A stretch of DNA of 64,000 nt from Octopus vulgaris (GCA_951406725.2 OX597818.1:93558001-93622000), one strand, 5' to 3'; counted from the stretch's first letter, positions 14,201 through 62,761 are shown. Notes: generated from the letters alone by a model not told the origin. Translations and numbers: made by a program.

Positions 14201-17200
14201 ATAATAATAAAATTAATTTTGTTTCCTACGGAAGTCAAAATCTCAAAATGGGAGATGTTGTGGTAGGAGTCACAACACCCCCAGCTGTGAGAGTAGACTG
14301 GACTGAACGACTGTAAGCAGTAGTGGTCTGAGTGAGAGACAGACAGAGAGTAGGCATTAATCACAGGGAGTCATAAGGTGTTGTTTTGTTAGTTTGTCGG
14401 AATATCATTTGGTGGTTTGTGTATAGTTCATGGAGAATTTGTTGGCTTGTTACATTGTTCTTACCCTGCTTCGTTATGTTTTATTGTTACTACACAGTTA
14501 TAGTGTAAAGAAAGTATCACCATAACAATTGGCGATACAATATGATAGCTCTGTTCTTAAGATTAACCCTAATCAACATTGCTGTAATCCCTCGCCATAT
14601 CGCGGTTCACCTATCATGGTTTATTATCTAAGCTTACATCAGTTCCTCCATGGTGTTGTTTTTCATTCATCATAAAATATATCTATACAAATTATGAAAA
14701 TAATAAAAAAAAAGATATACAGTACTGTTTCTACTTCATGGATTTTCACCTATCACAGGAGGGGTTTGGAATGTAACAGCCGTGATAGTCGAGGGATTAC
14801 TGTAACATGAATACCAACATGGTGGTGGTGGTGGTGGTGGTAGTGGTGGTGATGAATATTCACACACAACCCATGCTAGCATGGAAAGCGGACGTTAAAT
14901 GAGGATGATGATACATATACACTAAACTGAGGTTGATTCATTTGACTAAAATTCCTCAAGGTGGTACCCCAGCATGGCCACAGTCCAATGACTGAAAAAG
15001 ATAAAAGATTTTTAAAATGATAAAGGAAAGATTAATTAAGGTGGTGTGTTGGCTGAATCGTTATTGCACTGGACAAAATGCTTAGTGACAGTTCTTCAGG
15101 CTTTTTATCTTCTGAGTTCAAATTCTGCTAAGACCAACTTTGCCTTTTATCCATATGGGGTCAATAAAATAGGATGTCAATCACATACTAGAGTCGATAT
15201 AATTGACAAATTCCCTTCTCCCAAATTTCAGGCTTTATGCTTACATTTATGATTAATTACACTTAGTCTTTAAATAATGTCCAAAGGTAGAACAGATTTA
15301 TAATATAACTATTTGGCTCCCAGAATATTGCTGATAGACATACTTATTTTACAAACCAGTGAACAAATGGAAGGAAATGTTGCCTTTGGTAGATTTTGAA
15401 CACAAAACTGAAAAAAACAAAACAGACTAAATACTGCAATGCGTCACAGTCATGTACTCCACCTTTTCAGCTACCCTTGCCACGGTTTCTTTATAGTAGG
15501 TACAAAAGTATGGAAGTGGTAATAAATATGGGTTGTTGTGGCATGCATGGCTTTTAAGGAGTCTGGTAGCAATAGTGAAGAAAAATAGCTTCAACAAGGA
15601 ATTAAAATGCCTTGGTTTTGGCTTCCAAGGTGTTTATCTTTTGCTACAGGATAACCATAAATTGATTGAGAGATTAATCAAAAATAATGCTTCAGCCTAG
15701 CAAAGACCAAATGCATCTATTGGCATAACAAGGCAGGGATGTACCTGCATTGGAAAATATACTGGCGTTATAAAATCAAAATAACCAAGTTGGTATGAAC
15801 ATAAACCAAACATAGTCACTAACAACATTGATGTCTGGGACATGGCCACCTATACTGACACAGAGATAAAAGCCAACAAGCCTACAGTCATTATCAAGGA
15901 CAGGGAGGACATTAATTACATGCTTGTCAACATGGTAATGCCTTCTGAAGGAAACACTGTTGTGAAAGACAGATAATCTTCCTAAATACAAAGACCCAGA
16001 GATGAAAATCAACAGGATGTGGAATATGAAAACCAAAATAATACCAGTGGTCATTAGATCCCTAGGACTTAAGAAAAAAGGAAAGGGAAATTTTACCAAT
16101 TGTTTCCTGGGCAGCATCAATATTTATGTAGTCCAGAAGATTGCACTACTTGGAACAACTCAAATAATTATAGGGAGTATTATCAACCAAGTGACATCTT
16201 GCCTATAAGCTGACATCAGGCCCATAGTTTTGACCTGGACCTACAGGATATAAAATAGGAAGTACAAAAAGAACAATGATAATTATAATAATGAGCTTAT
16301 TGTATAAGGTGCACTACAGTTCATGCACAGTACTTTGAATAAAACAAAAAGGGATACAAAAATGAAATGTAAAAGGGCCATAAAAAGGAAAGGGATGCCT
16401 AGGGATATCAGGAGTAGTGTTGGTGAATTTTGGGAAGCAAGGAGTAGGTTCCATTATATTAAAACCAAACATCTTTAGCCCCTGGTCAGCCCCGATCCAG
16501 CAGACCTCTATTCAAACATACTGTACATAGAGCTACAATATCATAGGTGATTTTTTTTTTAAAGATTGTACTAAGTTAAAGGAAATTTGATATTTTCAGC
16601 AGGTGAAGCAATTGTGTAGAAGTTCTCTCATTTGTTCTCATATCTCATATATAATGTATATATTGGGTCATCCCATAAAGCATGCAGTTTTTTTCAATTG
16701 CATGAAAAGTTGGAGTGGGGGAGGGATAAACTACCTTCATCAATTTGCTATAAAAGCAGGTAGTAATTTTACTTTGTCCTTTTCTTAGTGCAAGTTTTGA
16801 AGAGTGCAGTTTGATTTTAAGTTATTTTTTCAAAACTATAATGGAAGTGACAAAGTAGCATATTCATATATTTTGCTTTATGAGTTCAATAAAGGCAACA
16901 ATGCAATGGAAAGTGCGAGGAATATTAATGCAGTATATGGGGATCAGACAATAAGCGTAAGCCTGTGTCAACAGTGGCTCCAGAAATTCTGTGCTGGAAA
17001 CTACAGCCAAGAAGATGAGCTTCATCCTGGAAGATCTATAGAACTCGACATGGATGTCCTGCAAACCCTGGTGGAACAAAATCCCATCATAACTGGTGAG
17101 GAAGTTGCAGAGACACTTGGATTTGGTCATTCAACCATTCATCAACACCAACTGTAGAAGAAAAACAACTCACTTTTGTTTCAAGGTGTTCTTCCAACAG

Positions 17201-20200
17201 GATAATGCTTAGCCACATACAGTGTGGACGACATTCCAAAGGCTGGAGCAGTTTGAATCGGAAACAGTGCCCCACCCACCATATTTGTTGGACATTGCCC
17301 CATCTGATTATCCTTTATTCTGCCTGCAGTCTTCAAAATCATTTGGGTAGAAAAAATATTAATTCTGTAGATGAGGTCAGAACATTACTGAAGGAGTATT
17401 TTTCATAACTGACAAGTGAATTTTGGAAGAGGGGCCTTGCAAGGCTACCTGGAAGAGCATTGTAGAAAATTAAGGAGAGTATATTTTAGATTAAAAAAGG
17501 ACATTGTTTACTTCTCATTTTTGGATTTGTTTTGCAAGATTCTTTATGTGAGTTCATGTGTTGAAGCATATTCTGTTGTGTTTGGGGCAAGTCATTCTCT
17601 TTTGGTGCCTTATAATTTAACACACTTTATTTTGAAAAATAAAAGTATGAAAAAAAAAACGCATTATTTATGGGATGACCCAATGCTATTACTTGTACAT
17701 ATGATATCTAGAGTCTAATATATGATGTACACAACTTGTATGTAAGACTTCTAGGGTATAATAATATAATGTATATAAGGTATCTAGGAAACAACAACCT
17801 CAGCACCACTATCATCATCATCATCATCATTTAACATCAACCTTCCCATACTTTCATGGGTCAGACTGGATTTGTTGATATGAATTTTTTGCAGCCAGAT
17901 GATTTCTTGTCACCAACCCTCACTTGTTTCCAAACCAAATTATATTTCCTTGTAGCCAGAGATGTTTTCAATGGAAGACTGGAAATGAACTTGTATGATA
18001 GTGAGGCTCATTTACAGCCACCACTTGTTGTCAAGACAAGGGTACTCACAAAGACACATGCATTCATATACATACATATACAATTATGTATATATAATTT
18101 CAGTTTTCATCAACTAATATAATATATATGATATCTAGGGTCTATGATAATACAATGTGTACAGTATGTCTAGTTGTTTCTCTTTAGGTCAGCCTTGATT
18201 CTGTAGATCCAGTCATCAAAGCTGAGACCGTAATAGTTTTATGCTTTATTCTAACACTGTGTATTTCAAACTGTATTATTTAGTATTTCATTTTAAGAAA
18301 TCTCATGTGTAGTAAAGAAAACCTAGCTGTTTTTTCTTTTATGTATGGTGACTCTATAGAAGGCTCCCTCTTTGGCTTATAATATATTGGGAGGCAAGTA
18401 CTTAATATATTCTTTCTATTCTCTGTGGCCTGGGTGAGAGACGATCATTGTTAAATCAGTTTTAATAGCTAGATTTATATTTTCCCTTCAGGATGTTTTT
18501 GTCATTGATACAAAGAAAGAAATCGTTGTTTGGATTGGTCTTGATTCTTCATCTACAGAAAAGAATAACGCCATGACCTATGCTCATGTGAGTATTGATA
18601 ATCACTACATTTCATTTACACCATTGATAACCTGTAAAAAAAGCTGACAGCCAACTTTCCTATTTTCTCCTTCTACAAAAATATAGAGACTTATCAAAGT
18701 TGAGCCGTAACTGTTGAGCAAGTGACTTGATCTGAGACTGTGTGTTGAAACTGAAGCACTTACATTGTGGAAGACACATTTAATAGTCCACAAAGTTAAT
18801 TCACATTAAGTTTAAATTAAAACATTTTTGTCACACAACTGTGATTGTGGGACTGTGTCAGTAATCAAGTTTTAGTTATGCAACAAAATTTTTGACACCT
18901 TGTAATAATAAATATAAATTTAAAGTGAATCTAATAACTTTGTGTGTTAAAGTTAAATTTGACAGCTTTAAGTGTTGAAGTTGAAGTGAACAATTACTAG
19001 TGTGTTAAGTGTTTCATTTCATGTTAAAATATACCATAGAACATACCTGTAAGTAACACTGCATGTTACAATTAACATGAATATTACATCTATATACTCA
19101 ACATGTTCACTGACAGAAATAGAAGAAACAGCTGTTTATACTGCACATTTTAACTCTGGAGTTTCATCAGCATCTGTGCACTTTCCTTAACTATCCAAGA
19201 ATATGCTGTTTATAAACCCACCAATATTAGTGGCTAAAGTAAACTTGATAGATCTGTTTACTATTCAACACTTTCTTGACTGCGAGGTCAAACACTAAAT
19301 TAGTAGTGTGTTAATAGTGTTTCATTTCGTTTCTATAATATACTATGGAACATAATTATGGATTATTAGCCAACACTGTATTTTATAACAGTGCAAACAA
19401 TGTTTTGTTTTAGTGCTGTAATATACCACACAACATGTCTTTAAATTTATTAATCTACAATGTATGTTATGATGATTGTAAATAATGCAGACACATGTTT
19501 TGTAGGTAGAAAAAGAAGGGATAGTTATATGAATATTTCAGCTCTTGTTGGAATCATTGTCAGCAACTGTGTACCTCCTATAACTATCCCCAAACACACT
19601 GCTTATAAACCATCTAGGGAATTTTTTTATGTTTGGCTGGTGTTTTTCAATTTTTTCAAATTTTGTTTGAATTAATTTCATATTTAGTGTAATGATGTAG
19701 TTTGGTATGGTAATAATTGACATGAAATTCATTTTCGCCATAGATCAAGAATTGATAGCTTTTTAGCCATATATATGCCTATTTCCATACTAACAAACCA
19801 AGCTGCTTACTCATGTGGTCATTTTTCACTTATTAAATGCTTAAAGCATGAGGTATGAGGTGATCATTTGTTTACAGTTGACAACAGCTTCCAAATCCTG
19901 TTTGCTGACTGGGTAAAAATGATCAAACTTTAAACCTTTTAGTCTTTTACTTGTTTCAGTCATTTGACTGCAGCCATGCTGGAGACCACCTTTAGTCGAG
20001 CAAATCAACTGAACCCAGAACTATGTGGTTGGTAAGCAAGCTACTTACCACACATCCACTCCTGCGCCTAAAAAATTTTCGAGAAAAAGTGGGTTTTCCC
20101 TGATATTCAGCACAGAAAATTACATCAATACACCAAATTTTAAAATTTTCACTAAACTTTGAAATTTCCACAGGTGCAGCCAAGAAGAAAAGATCCTCAT

Positions 20201-21280
20201 CTAGTATACTGGATAGACCAAGTTGTATTTTTAACATTTTTCTTGGCAAGCTCAAACATTAATATACTGGGCTGTTAAGTGTTTCATGTTGTTGTTCTAA
20301 TGTAGCATAAAACATGTCTGTAAGCCAATTGTTTTCATACAGTATTGGCTAAGATGCTTATAAAATAATAATAATGAAATTATTGTATACAGTTCTCAGG
20401 TGCACCACAACTTGTCAAAAGTGCATATAAAGCATATGCAGTAATGTACAAATGTCTGGGAAGTGAACAGTATATAAGTCAGATACATGCTTGCGTGTGT
20501 ATGGAGGGGAGAAAATCAGGTGTAGTGTTGGCGAATCTCAGGAAGCATGGAAGTTTTGAAAGATGCAGTGCTCCGACAACTAACAACTGATGCCGGCAGT
20601 TTGTTCCATGCTTCAGCAACTCTTAGCATGAGAAAATGTTTCTGAAAGTCATGGGAGCTGTGCTGTTTTCTGATTTTGTAAACATGTCCATGGGTGTTAA
20701 ACAGGTGGAGTTTGAAAAGGTGCTCAGAGTTATTGTTAGTAAGATGGTTAATAATTTTATGGATGTCTGCCAAGTCAGCTGCCAAATGTCGGAGTTTCAA
20801 TGTATCCATGCCCAGGGAAGTAAGGCGTTCAGAATATGGCAAATGCCTGATGGAGGATATACTCATGGTTGCATGTCGCTGAACGGTTTCCAGACGATTA
20901 ATATCCTGAGCAAGATAGGGGTTCCAGACCGGTGATGCAAATTCCAGGTGAGGCTGCTCCATAGCTATATAAAGCCCCAAATAGATATTTATTCTCTAGT
21001 TCATTATAGCAACAAAACAAAACACTTAATATTGTAATGTACATTCAAACATTAACAATATATTGAGAAGAAAAATTAGTAATATTGGGTGAAATATTTC
21101 TTTTAATCAAGTTATAGCTTAGGAGTTTGGGGAGTACATTTGATGTAGTCCTACTTTTATTTTATTTATTTATTTTTTATTTAGAACTACCTGATGAACA
21201 AACCCAACAGCCTGTTGCCAGTCACCCGCCTGCTGGAAGGTAAACATGACAACAAGCTAATTTCAGCTCTTGCTGCCTAA
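702..21280 (+). CDS. Gelsolin/severin-like actin-binding protein, 3' portion (7 coding exons; 5' exons outside the window)
   Basis: Exons 702-810, 3498-3608, 7430-7516, 9825-9907, 13158-13236, 18492-18587 and 21185-21280 have AG/GT boundaries and join in frame. Peptide: FLKGGIDSGFRVVTEKTYQSRLLHFCGTKKNVEVKE-VAKNRDMLDSGDVYILDLGKTIYQWNGAGSNKDEKFK-AVMYINELKNERSIAIKTEVLEEDSTEAD-HEFYTSLTEEKEEETHFTSEEGPKELYR-LSDSSGKVQFHLEKKGDIGKHDLDSK-DVFVIDTKKEIVVWIGLDSSSTEKNNAMTYAH-NYLMNKPNSLLPVTRLLEGKHDNKLISALAA*. It contains the GGxxSGF linker and two LDSxDVxxxD..W.G gelsolin repeats. The stop follows the second visible repeat, consistent with an invertebrate 3-domain gelsolin-like protein. Confidence 0.93.
964..2231 (-). 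mobile_element. Decayed full-length mariner (DD34D) transposon
   Basis: TIRs TTGGGTTATCCCATAAATAA / TTATTTATGGGATGACCCAA with TA flanks. Frameshifted transposase carries WVPHKL, IVTGEEKW, HQDTARPY and YSPDIAPSDYYLF motifs. Confidence 0.93.
2579..2720. repeat. Compound microsatellite (CT)n/(TACA)n/(CA)n
   Basis: Direct reading. Confidence 0.95.
3498..3608 (+). CDS. Gelsolin-like exon (VAKNRDMLDSGDVYILDLG...EKFK)
   Basis: ttcaag|GTT acceptor, AAG|gtatgt donor; 111 nt, phase 0/0; gelsolin repeat core. Confidence 0.92.
4587..5086. mobile_element. Head-to-head pair of tRNA-headed, hammerhead-containing short elements
   Basis: Inverted arms of about 240-260 bp, centre about 4824-4828. Each arm is a tRNA-like head, an (AAT/AAC)n tract and an HHR-bearing tail. 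Confidence 0.75.
4991..5036 (+). ncRNA. Minimal (Penelope-type) hammerhead motif
   Basis: GACAC-CUGAAGA-A-GGCUG..CAGCU-GAAA-CGUU|GUGUU. Palindromic AACGUU replaces stem III. A degenerate minus-strand twin lies at about 4637-4682. Confidence 0.6.
5545..6166 (-). mobile_element. RTE-clade LINE 3' fragment with 3' UTR
   Basis: LRWYGHVLRMDEERCVKK...GRGRPRKTWNEVVKHDL C-terminal motif, then the shared UTR/tail and (GAT)n. Confidence 0.85.
7430..7516 (+). CDS. Gelsolin-like exon (AVMYINELK...TEAD)
   Basis: gccag|GCT acceptor, GAT|gtaagt donor; 87 nt. Confidence 0.88.
8233..8290. repeat. (TTA)n microsatellite
   Basis: Direct reading. Confidence 0.95.
9294..9509. mobile_element. Mariner-type MITE
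   Basis: TIR TGAGGGGATGTTGAAAAGTTCC / GGAACTTTTCAGCACCCCCTCA with TA flanks. Confidence 0.8.
9825..9907 (+). CDS. Gelsolin-like exon (HEFYTSL...KELYR)
   Basis: Long pyrimidine tract then tag|CAT, AG|gtgagt donor; 83 nt, ends in phase 2. Confidence 0.88.
10411..10795 (-). mobile_element. tRNA-derived SINE family A (internal microsatellite)
   Basis: Head GGAGTGGCTGTGTGGTAAG...GGGTTCAGTC, CORE-like ACCTTGGGCAAG, tail GACTGAAACAAGTAAAAGAG; more than 12 copies in the window. Confidence 0.88.
11065..11445 (-). mobile_element. SINE family A
   Basis: Colinear with 10411-10795. Confidence 0.88.
13158..13236 (+). CDS. Gelsolin-like exon (LSDSSGKV...LDSK)
   Basis: aacag|G acceptor, AAG|gtaagg donor; 79 nt; LSDxSG motif. 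Confidence 0.9.
13455..14542 (+). mobile_element. Internally deleted Gypsy-like LTR retrotransposon remnant
   Basis: ~100 bp direct repeats at 13455-13563 and ~14445-14542. PBS-like TGGCAACAAGGATT at 13569. Decayed integrase C-terminal-like peptide (DVGDKVHFK...WQVGVVAKRIG...RHLNQLK). Purine tract followed by TGTTG LTR start at 14256. Confidence 0.7.
14582..14802. mobile_element. Pogo/Tigger-like MITE
   Basis: TIR GTAATCCCTCG..ATATCGCGG / CCGTGATAG.CGAGGGATTACTG followed by TA. Confidence 0.6.
15640..16292 (+). mobile_element. R4/Dong-like REL-endonuclease LINE 3' fragment
   Basis: Decayed WD...TD..IKANKP...KYKD.E..I.RMW.MKT.IIPVV...LG...QKIALLGT. Confidence 0.7.
16663..17683 (+). mobile_element. 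Second copy of the same mariner family, internally deleted, with a ~100 bp foreign insert (~17520-17625)
   Basis: Same TIRs; HTH region (LLYEFNKGNNA...ARNINAVYG) present; catalytic region deleted; the insert resembles 60420-60500. Confidence 0.9.
18492..18587 (+). CDS. Gelsolin-like exon (DVFVIDT...AMTYAH)
   Basis: cttcag|GAT acceptor, CAT|gtgagt donor; 96 nt; DVF.ID...VWIG motif. Confidence 0.92.
20364..20985 (-). mobile_element. CR1/L2-group LINE 3' fragment
   Basis: PHLEFASPVWNPY...INRLETVQRHAT...LPYSERL..LG...L...DL...HKI...WNKLP, then 3' UTR and (TTA)n tail. Confidence 0.85.
21185..21280 (+). CDS. Gelsolin-like terminal coding exon (NYLMNKP...SALAA*)
   Basis: tttag|AAC acceptor, TAA at 21278-21280; candidate AATAAA at 21646 and 21929. 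Confidence 0.9.
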   Translation, partial: NYLMNKPNSLLPVTRLLEGKHDNKLISALAA

Positions 21281-22301
21281 ATCAACACAGATGGATCTAT
21301 ATCCTGTCAATATGGAAACCTTTTCTATTTTTTTTTTATTTTCAGTATTTTACATATTATAACCACCCCCAACCTTTCTTTTACCATTTTAAAATCCACA
21401 ATTTTATATAGCACCCCAGAACACTAACATCAGAAATGCCTTCTTTTATATATAACCAGCATTGTGTGCTTCTTGTTACTGCTAACCACTTTACTCTAAC
21501 ATCAGATGTATTTCCAGCTAGATTTACTGGGACCAGCAACAAGCTGAACTTAGAGATTCAGCATAATGCCTCAAGAAATGTCAGAGCAACTGTATTTATA
21601 TTTGCATGTCCTCTTTTAATACCAACTGCTCAGCCACGCAGTGAGAATAAATGTAAGCTAAATTTTCAGATAGAGACCCCCAGGCAGAACATTCACACAC
21701 ACACACACACACATATATGTACTGCTCCATTAATAATAGAATCATTATTTTAAAAAATAGTCCATCATGAAGCCGTTTACTCAACATAAGGAAATTGAAC
21801 ACCTATTTTGCATATCTCTATCAACTTCTGAAGAGATTCAGCTTTCACATAATTTTTTATTTAATTGATTAATTTTCTGATGGTCTGAACTGAAACAGCT
21901 GTTAGTGATGTTTGTCAATTTTTTAATTAATAAATAATAATTTATTAATTACCTCTCTGTTCTCTCATCCATGGCTTCTATAGTTACCATGCAGTTGAGT
22001 ATTAAATATCATGTTCAATACTTTGTATAGATAATTTCATAGGATTTTGCTGTCTCTGAATGAGGTTTGTAACCTTTAATTTGTGCTTGTATATATATAT
22101 ATATATATATATTTCTTTGATCAGTTATTATTAAATAACTGCTGGTGCCATTGTGTAATATTCATTATATAATATGCATGACTGAATTTTTATTAGCATC
22201 TATGTTCCTAGACATGCTGTTTGATAGGTCACCTGCAAGTTGTTGAAGCAATTGTAAACTGTGGAAATATAATGCCATAAACTCCACTCTTCATGTATAT
22301 A

Positions 22302-22353
<52 letters not shown>

Positions 22354-24006
22354 CAAAATGGGACAAGAACGCAAAACATCCGGACAACTAGGTGATACAA
22401 AAAGGGTACAACAAAACATCCAGATAGACGATACAAAAGAAACAAGGACAGGTCATTCGAAGCTTTCTATCCTCAGTCAAGAACCGGATCATCCTTGCAA
22501 TTTCGGCTGATTAGCATGAACACAACAGCTTCCCTTTATTTTAAAATCACATAACCTTTTTTGCCTAGTCAGAAAAAAGAAAACTAACATTTACATTACC
22601 TATACTGTTATTGAGTTGAGTTTTGATTTCCATTTGAAAAATCCAAAAAACTTGATGTTGCACAGACACTCTTGAGGAAGGCATGAATTTCACAGACTCT
22701 CTTTTCCTGTACTCTACAGACCAAGCTTTTTTTCTAATTTGCTTTCTAACTAAAACATTATTTCCCACTCTTTAACAACTTTCTCTCATCTCCATCAATA
22801 TTATTTGAATTATTATGCTAATTGCAAATTCTTACAAACGTTTAAAAATAAAAGTTTCTCCAGCTACTTGTTATTGTTATCAATTTCTTTCAATTTGTGT
22901 TTTTCTCCCTTTACTATTATCAATTAGATGTTGGATGATGAACAAAAAGGGCCACTGGCTTACATCCTATCTCTAACAGTTGACTATGGTTATGTTTCAA
23001 ATACTGTACTTTTAGATTACCCACTTCACCCAGCTGCAAACAGGTACTACTTGGAAGTCCAGCCAACTGCTGTCATCAGCAAGAATGTGAGATAACTATC
23101 TCCTAAACCTCGACTGAACACTTCTTATGGGTTGGTTCTTCATAGTGGACATTATCATCGTTGTTTTAACATCCACTTTTCCATGTTTGCATAGATCAGG
23201 TGGGATTTGTTGAGGCAGATTTTTCTATGGCTGGATGCCCATCTTGCTACCAGTCCTCATCTGCTCTCAAGTAAGGTAATATCCAACAATAGATATCCAC
23301 AATCAAACATGCTTTCCTGAAAGATTTGGAATGAAGGACACCATTTCCATGAGTGATATTCATTTCCAGCCATCATGCAATGTCAAGGCAAGAAGACAGT
23401 AACACACACATACACAATATGTATATATGACAAGCATCCATCAGTTCCTGTCTACCAAATCCACTCACAAAGCTTTGTTTAATGTACAATCAGTAAAAAA
23501 TAATCTACCCTAGATAAAATATTATCTATCACAAAAACACTGACAAACTGATCTGCTACTTATTTATAGCTTAGTGAACTAGGGTGATCTATAGTACAGT
23601 ATTTTTCCCACAAATATGACAAGATGTCACCAGTGGATTTGAACTGTCAGCCTAGGGTAATCCAATGAGAGCATTTCATATGGTTGAATAGAAAACAAAA
23701 AGTGACAAAGCTGAATTCAAATTATCTAAAAATCAAAATACCTAATGCTTGAAAGCTCTTTAGAAAAGTTATGTGATGACCCCAGGTGTAATAATAAGAA
23801 ATTAATGTATTACCTCATCAACATTGAGATGAATAGAAAATTGTACAAATGAGAAGAGTAATCATGTTTATTGTTAAAAGTTTGTGTTGAATGTAATGGT
23901 CCAATGAAAAACTACAGAGTAACATCAGATATGTTTGTGCAATGGTTTGTTTGACAAGCTCTATAGCTCTGTGTAGAGGGAAATATATATATATATATAT
24001 ATATTT

Positions 24007-24037
<31 letters not shown>

Positions 24038-24782
24038 GAGAGAGAGAGAGGGTCATGAATGAATGAATGAAAGTGTCAGCTATAATTGTATAGCTATTAT
24101 GCTAATAGATGCTAAATCGTTTGTGTTGCTGACATTTTATGTTGACAAGTTTAGTTGTTGAACAATAACTGATGTTGAACCTTGCCTAACATAATGCCTG
24201 ATTGCACCTATCTTCTGTCTCCTCTGTCTCTTTGGATTTGGCATCTATACATTCCAGAACAAATTTGACTGGACAGATCTGAGGTGATGCCATCACTTGG
24301 AAGTTTGAGAGTTGTTTACATTTAATTTTATTGGCTAGATTTTTAGGGCTCATAAAACATTGGGGACAAAAATAATTAATAATGGGGTACAAGTTCCTGG
24401 TAGGACCTCCCATGCTGCACAGGTTAAAGGATAAAGGCCAGATGGCTAATGTGGCCTACCTCTTTATAGAAGTAGAAATAGACTTGCATAGGGCTGACAC
24501 CCCTACCTAGAAAAAAGCCAAATTCACAGAAACATCAATGACAAATCAATATCAACAAAACATGGGAGAGGAAGATCTTCCCCCAGGGAAAAAAAAGACA
24601 GCCCAGGGTTGAGAACATTGGAAGAAAGACATCAATGGCCTATACTCCATAGGGAGCAAAGGGCTTAAGTAAGTATGGTTCACTAAACCATCTATATTAG
24701 TGGAAATAAATTATTTACTCCAAGATATGTTATATCAGAATAAAAAGCCGTGTTGGTCATGTCTGGAACACCTTTCATCATA

Positions 24783-25001
24783 TAAGTGGGTGCTGAAAAG
24801 TTCCTGGCTTTGGGTAAAAGAAAATACAGGAGGATCAGTTAATTATGATTTGATTGAACATATTCCCCTCTCAGATTCACACACTTATTGCAGCAGTCCT
24901 TCAATTTTGCTAAGCTCTGTAAAAGAACTCAGAAGGTTGGGCCTCCAACCAGGCCTTTTGTGATACCCTTACAGTGAGGAACTATTCAGTACCCCCTCTT
25001 A
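24783..25001. mobile_element. Mariner-type MITE, same family as 9294-9509
   Basis: Colinear over about 215 bp with the 9.3 kb copy; degenerate TIRs. Confidence 0.8.
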
Positions 25002-25147
25002 TGTCTGCTGATTCAGTGCAGACTTGGATATTAATGAACTGTATTTAATAAACCATGATGACAGACACAGTGTTAATGTTTAGTAGAATTGGTGACAGTT
25101 AATTCTATTATTCAGTGTTTGTTGGATTATAAGCTACCGATATGCTC

Positions 25148-61407
<36,260 letters not shown>

Positions 61408-61467
61408 CAAGTGATGTCAACAACTCTAAAATAAATTGTAACTCTGCAACCGGTAAAATTCTTCACT

Positions 61468-61482
61468 GTTGCCAGTGGCAAC
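61468..61482. promoter_or_regulatory. RFX X-box upstream of ZMYND10
   Basis: GTTGCC-AGT-GGCAAC is a palindromic match to GTNRCC(N0-3)RGYAAC, about 60 bp upstream of the ATG of a ciliary gene. Confidence 0.8.
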
Positions 61483-61725
61483 GCTCTATATAAGAAATGA
61501 AATAAACGTGTGTATACGTGTTTAAGGGGGAATAACTACCATCAATATACTTTGCGTTATCTCCCTTATCCAGTCAGCGAGAATTGCAGGTGAGACAGTT
61601 TTTTTTTTTCTTTTTTTACCATTTAAAGCAGTGGTCTTTGGTTTATTGCTCTGATTGATATTCTGTTAGACTTTCGAGATCATAATGGCTTTCAATTCAT
61701 AAAAATCCCATGATATTAAAACCTA

Positions 61726-61956
61726 AGGCGGCGAGCTGGCAGAAACGTTAGCACGCCGGGCGAAATGCTTAGCGGTATTTCGTCTGCGTTACGTTGTGAG
61801 TTCAAATTCCGCCGAGGTCGACTTTGCCTTTCATCCTTTCGAGGTCGATAAATTAAGTACCAGTTACGCACTGGGGTCGATGTAATCGACTTAATACCTA
61901 TGTCCGTCCTTGTCTGTCCCCTCTGTGTTTAGCCCCTTGTGGGTAATAAAGAAATA
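61726..61956 (+). mobile_element. SINE family B (CpG-rich, young-looking)
   Basis: Colinear with 30250-30480. Confidence 0.87.
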
Positions 61957-62552
61957 GATATTAAAACCTTGATTTTATGTATTGCTGATATTTTTTGGTG
62001 CAATGAAATAAGGAAGTGTTAGGTAAACAGAAGATTCTTATGAATTGTAAAAAAAAAAAAAAAATGTCTGATTCTTTCGACAAACTAAGTTTTTAACGGT
62101 CCAGGTTTTGATAAATAATTTCACTCCCTTAACAATATCTTATGATTAATCTTAGAATATCTCCTCAAACACATTGGAGACCAGAATAATAGATTCATTA
62201 ATCTGAAGTTGCTCAACAATTTTTGTTTCAATAAGAATAAAAAAGACTGCATGGTTAAAACGGACTCTGATCATGTCAGCAAGATAATAAACATGAAAAA
62301 TGATGACTGTCAAAACTGACCTTTGTTTCAAAACATGTCATGTTGCTACTTTCCCAAATTGTTAAGTATCTTTACTCTTCCAATCTTTTCCTTTTCCAGC
62401 ATGGGTTTTGCTCGGAGTTCCTTCCATAACATGCTAATTAACCCATATTTGGGACTGCTATTGGTCAGACGAGACCTAGGAACCAAAGTAGCTAAAAGGT
62501 AGTTCCACACTTCCAGAAACCTTGGGACTTTCGAAGTAGAGCTCCACTACCA

Positions 62553-62717
62553 GGCATAGGAATGACTGTGTGGTAAGTAGCTTGCTTACCAACCACATGG
62601 TTCCGAGTTCAGTCCCACTGCGTGGCACCTTGGGCAAGTGTCTTCTACTATAGCCTCGGGCTGACCAAGGCCTTGTGAGTGGATTTGGTAGACGGGAACT
62701 GAGAGAAGCCCATCGTA

Positions 62718-62761
<44 letters not shown>

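Noticed and set aside
20516-20980. 154-aa ORF as a host gene
   Set aside because: It is the C-terminal part of a LINE reverse-transcriptase ORF, 5' truncated, antisense within an intron.
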